From Thermoplasmata archaeon (GTDB lineage: Archaea; Thermoplasmatota; SW-10-69-26; JACQPN01; JAJPHT01): a stretch of DNA of 35,339 bases. The notes under the pieces were generated by a model. That model was not told the DNA's origin. It saw nothing but the letters and a program-made list of their open reading frames with translations, and made no database searches. The translations under genes were made by a program, and so were the position numbers. The stretch's first letter is position 1, and each line of letters opens with the position of its first letter. Shown here one piece after another: positions 34,009 to 35,339 of the stretch. The DNA lies in contig JAXDQU010000023.1 in the NCBI GenBank assembly GCA_034667685.1, forward strand, positions 1 through 35,339. Direction: 5' to 3'.

Positions 34009-34500
34009 TCACGAAGGCCGAGCCGGGACGCCCAGCACGAGCACCTGGAAGCGGATCTCGCCGCTCTGCTGCGAGAAGGAGACGCGCTGGTGGCCGTGCG
34101 GCGCGGGGACGCAGTCGAACGCGAGCGTCTGGCCTTGCGCCGCGACGTCGCCGAACGAGTAGGAGCACGCGCCCGGGCCGGTGGCGCGCAGGCCGACGCT
34201 GGCGCCCGAGAGGGGCGTGACGAGCACGCGCACCGCGCTGAGGTTCGCCGGGAGGTCGGCGTCGAGCGAGGCCGTGGCGTTCACGGGACCGACGTTGGGC
34301 AGGCCCAGCGAGAGCGTGCCGTTGGCGAGCGCGTAGGGGGCGGCCGGCGCGGGCGCGGCCGTGGGCGCCGGCGCGAGGGCCGCGGTGGCGAGCGTGGCGG
34401 CGGGCGCGACGGGCGCGTCGGCGAGCAGCGCCAGCACGGCCAGGCCCAGGAGGACGCCCACGAGGAACGCGCCTGCGATGCCCAAGACGAGCCTGCGCAT
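34009..34500 (-). CDS. Hypothetical exported or membrane-anchored protein
   Basis: N-terminal MRR + hydrophobic helix, Ala/Pro linker, beta-rich domain with a Cys pair. Confidence 0.65.
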   Translation of the reverse strand: MRRLVLGIAGAFLVGVLLGLAVLALLADAPVAPAATLATAALAPAPTAAPAPAAPYALANGTLSLGLPNVGPVNATASLDADLPANLSAVRVLVTPLSGASVGLRATGPGACSYSFGDVAAQGQTLAFDCVPAPHGHQRVSFSQQSGEIRFQVLVLGVPARPS

Positions 34501-34550
34501 GGGGCGCAGGGATGCGCGAGGGGGGCTTCACGCTTGTGGCGGGCGCCGCG

Positions 34551-35255
34551 TCAGGTGCTCTCGTCGGCCGCGCCGCGGTAGAAGCGCCGGTAGAGGCGCC
34601 CCCAGAACGGGTTCGGGAAGAACGTCAGGATGGGCACCGCGACGCAGATGACGAAGCCCGCCGCGGGGCTGACCATCGCGACGGCGAGCGCGAGGGCGAA
34701 GAGGATCGGCGCCACGGCGAAGGCGACGCTCGTGCCCCGGAAGATGCGGCGGTCGAAGACGGGGTTGATCATGAGCGGGTCGCGCGTCGCGTAGAGCAGC
34801 ATCTGGAGGAGCGCCAGGCCGCAGAGGATCAGGTCGACGCAGTAGAGCGCGATCGCCAGCCGGTCGCCGGAGAACTTGCCCAGGTACGTCGTCGTGAACG
34901 GCACGAGGCTCACGAAGAGCAGGTAGACGACGGTGGTGACCATGAGCGGGCGGTCGCTGCGCACGATGTAGTGGAACACGATGGCGTGCGCGACCCAGTA
35001 GGAGCCCAGCAGCACGAAGCTCATGGCGTACACCAGCAGCGGCGTGGAGAACGTGCCCCAGAACTGGGCGGGCGTCTCGGCGCGCTCGGGCATGCTCGAG
35101 AGGAGCGAGAAGGCCAGCAGCGTCATCGCGATGCTGAACACGCCGTCCGAGAGGCTCTTGATGCGCGAGTTGTCGCTGTAGTGCGCCTGGTCGTCGAGCT
35201 CCACGACCCGCTCGGGAATGTGCGGGCGGTTGCGCATCACGCGCGACTCGGCCAT
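34551..35255 (-). CDS. TMEM175 family potassium channel
   Basis: R...LSDGVFSIAMTLL signature; YW..H; L.FVSLVPFTT; 6 TM helices. Confidence 0.9.
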   Translation of the reverse strand: MAESRVMRNRPHIPERVVELDDQAHYSDNSRIKSLSDGVFSIAMTLLAFSLLSSMPERAETPAQFWGTFSTPLLVYAMSFVLLGSYWVAHAIVFHYIVRSDRPLMVTTVVYLLFVSLVPFTTTYLGKFSGDRLAIALYCVDLILCGLALLQMLLYATRDPLMINPVFDRRIFRGTSVAFAVAPILFALALAVAMVSPAAGFVICVAVPILTFFPNPFWGRLYRRFYRGAADEST

Positions 35256-35339
35256 GCGGAGCGGAATACGGCCTTCGGGGAAGAGCGTTGGGAAAGACGA
35301 CGGGCTCGGGGCTCTGGACTGAGGACTCAGGGCTCCGGA

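Noticed and set aside
35300-35339. Possible further short-unit repeat (GGGCTC/GGACT) at the window end
   Set aside because: Truncated by the window edge; the inverted arm cannot be verified.

Overview
High-GC archaeal chromosomal segment, most likely from a Thermoplasmatota member (inferred from Orc1/Cdc6, eL41, mvk-ipk-fni, a DUF3198-like gene, a PGF-CTERM-like tail and an intron-containing tRNA-Trp). Most of it is housekeeping or cell-surface: tRNA-Trp, eL41, a pilin-signal/FN3 adhesin, a 2-oxoacid dehydrogenase E1 alpha, a Cys/Met PLP lyase, THUMP and TrmJ methyltransferases, Cdc6, isoprenoid genes, an amidase, a site-2 protease, a ThiI catalytic domain and TMEM175. The standout is a compact RiPP locus at 28.0-33.8 kb: a 65-aa Cys/Ser/Thr-rich precursor with its own SD, a stand-alone APH-type kinase, a HopA1-like lyase and a LanC-like cyclase, plus a divergent ABC-2 exporter. 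This is a class V-type (split LanK/LanY/LanC) lanthipeptide system in an archaeon, with no LanD, methyltransferase or dedicated protease in the cluster. Other points: the tRNA-Trp carries two introns (a C/D-guide intron at 37/38 and a BHB intron at 59/60); several long intergenic hairpins are built from short tandem units; there are two lower-GC secreted protein plus partner cassettes; a nucleotidyltransferase TA-like pair splits the mevalonate genes; and some genes appear to use non-canonical start codons. All calls come from manual motif reading; no database searches were run.
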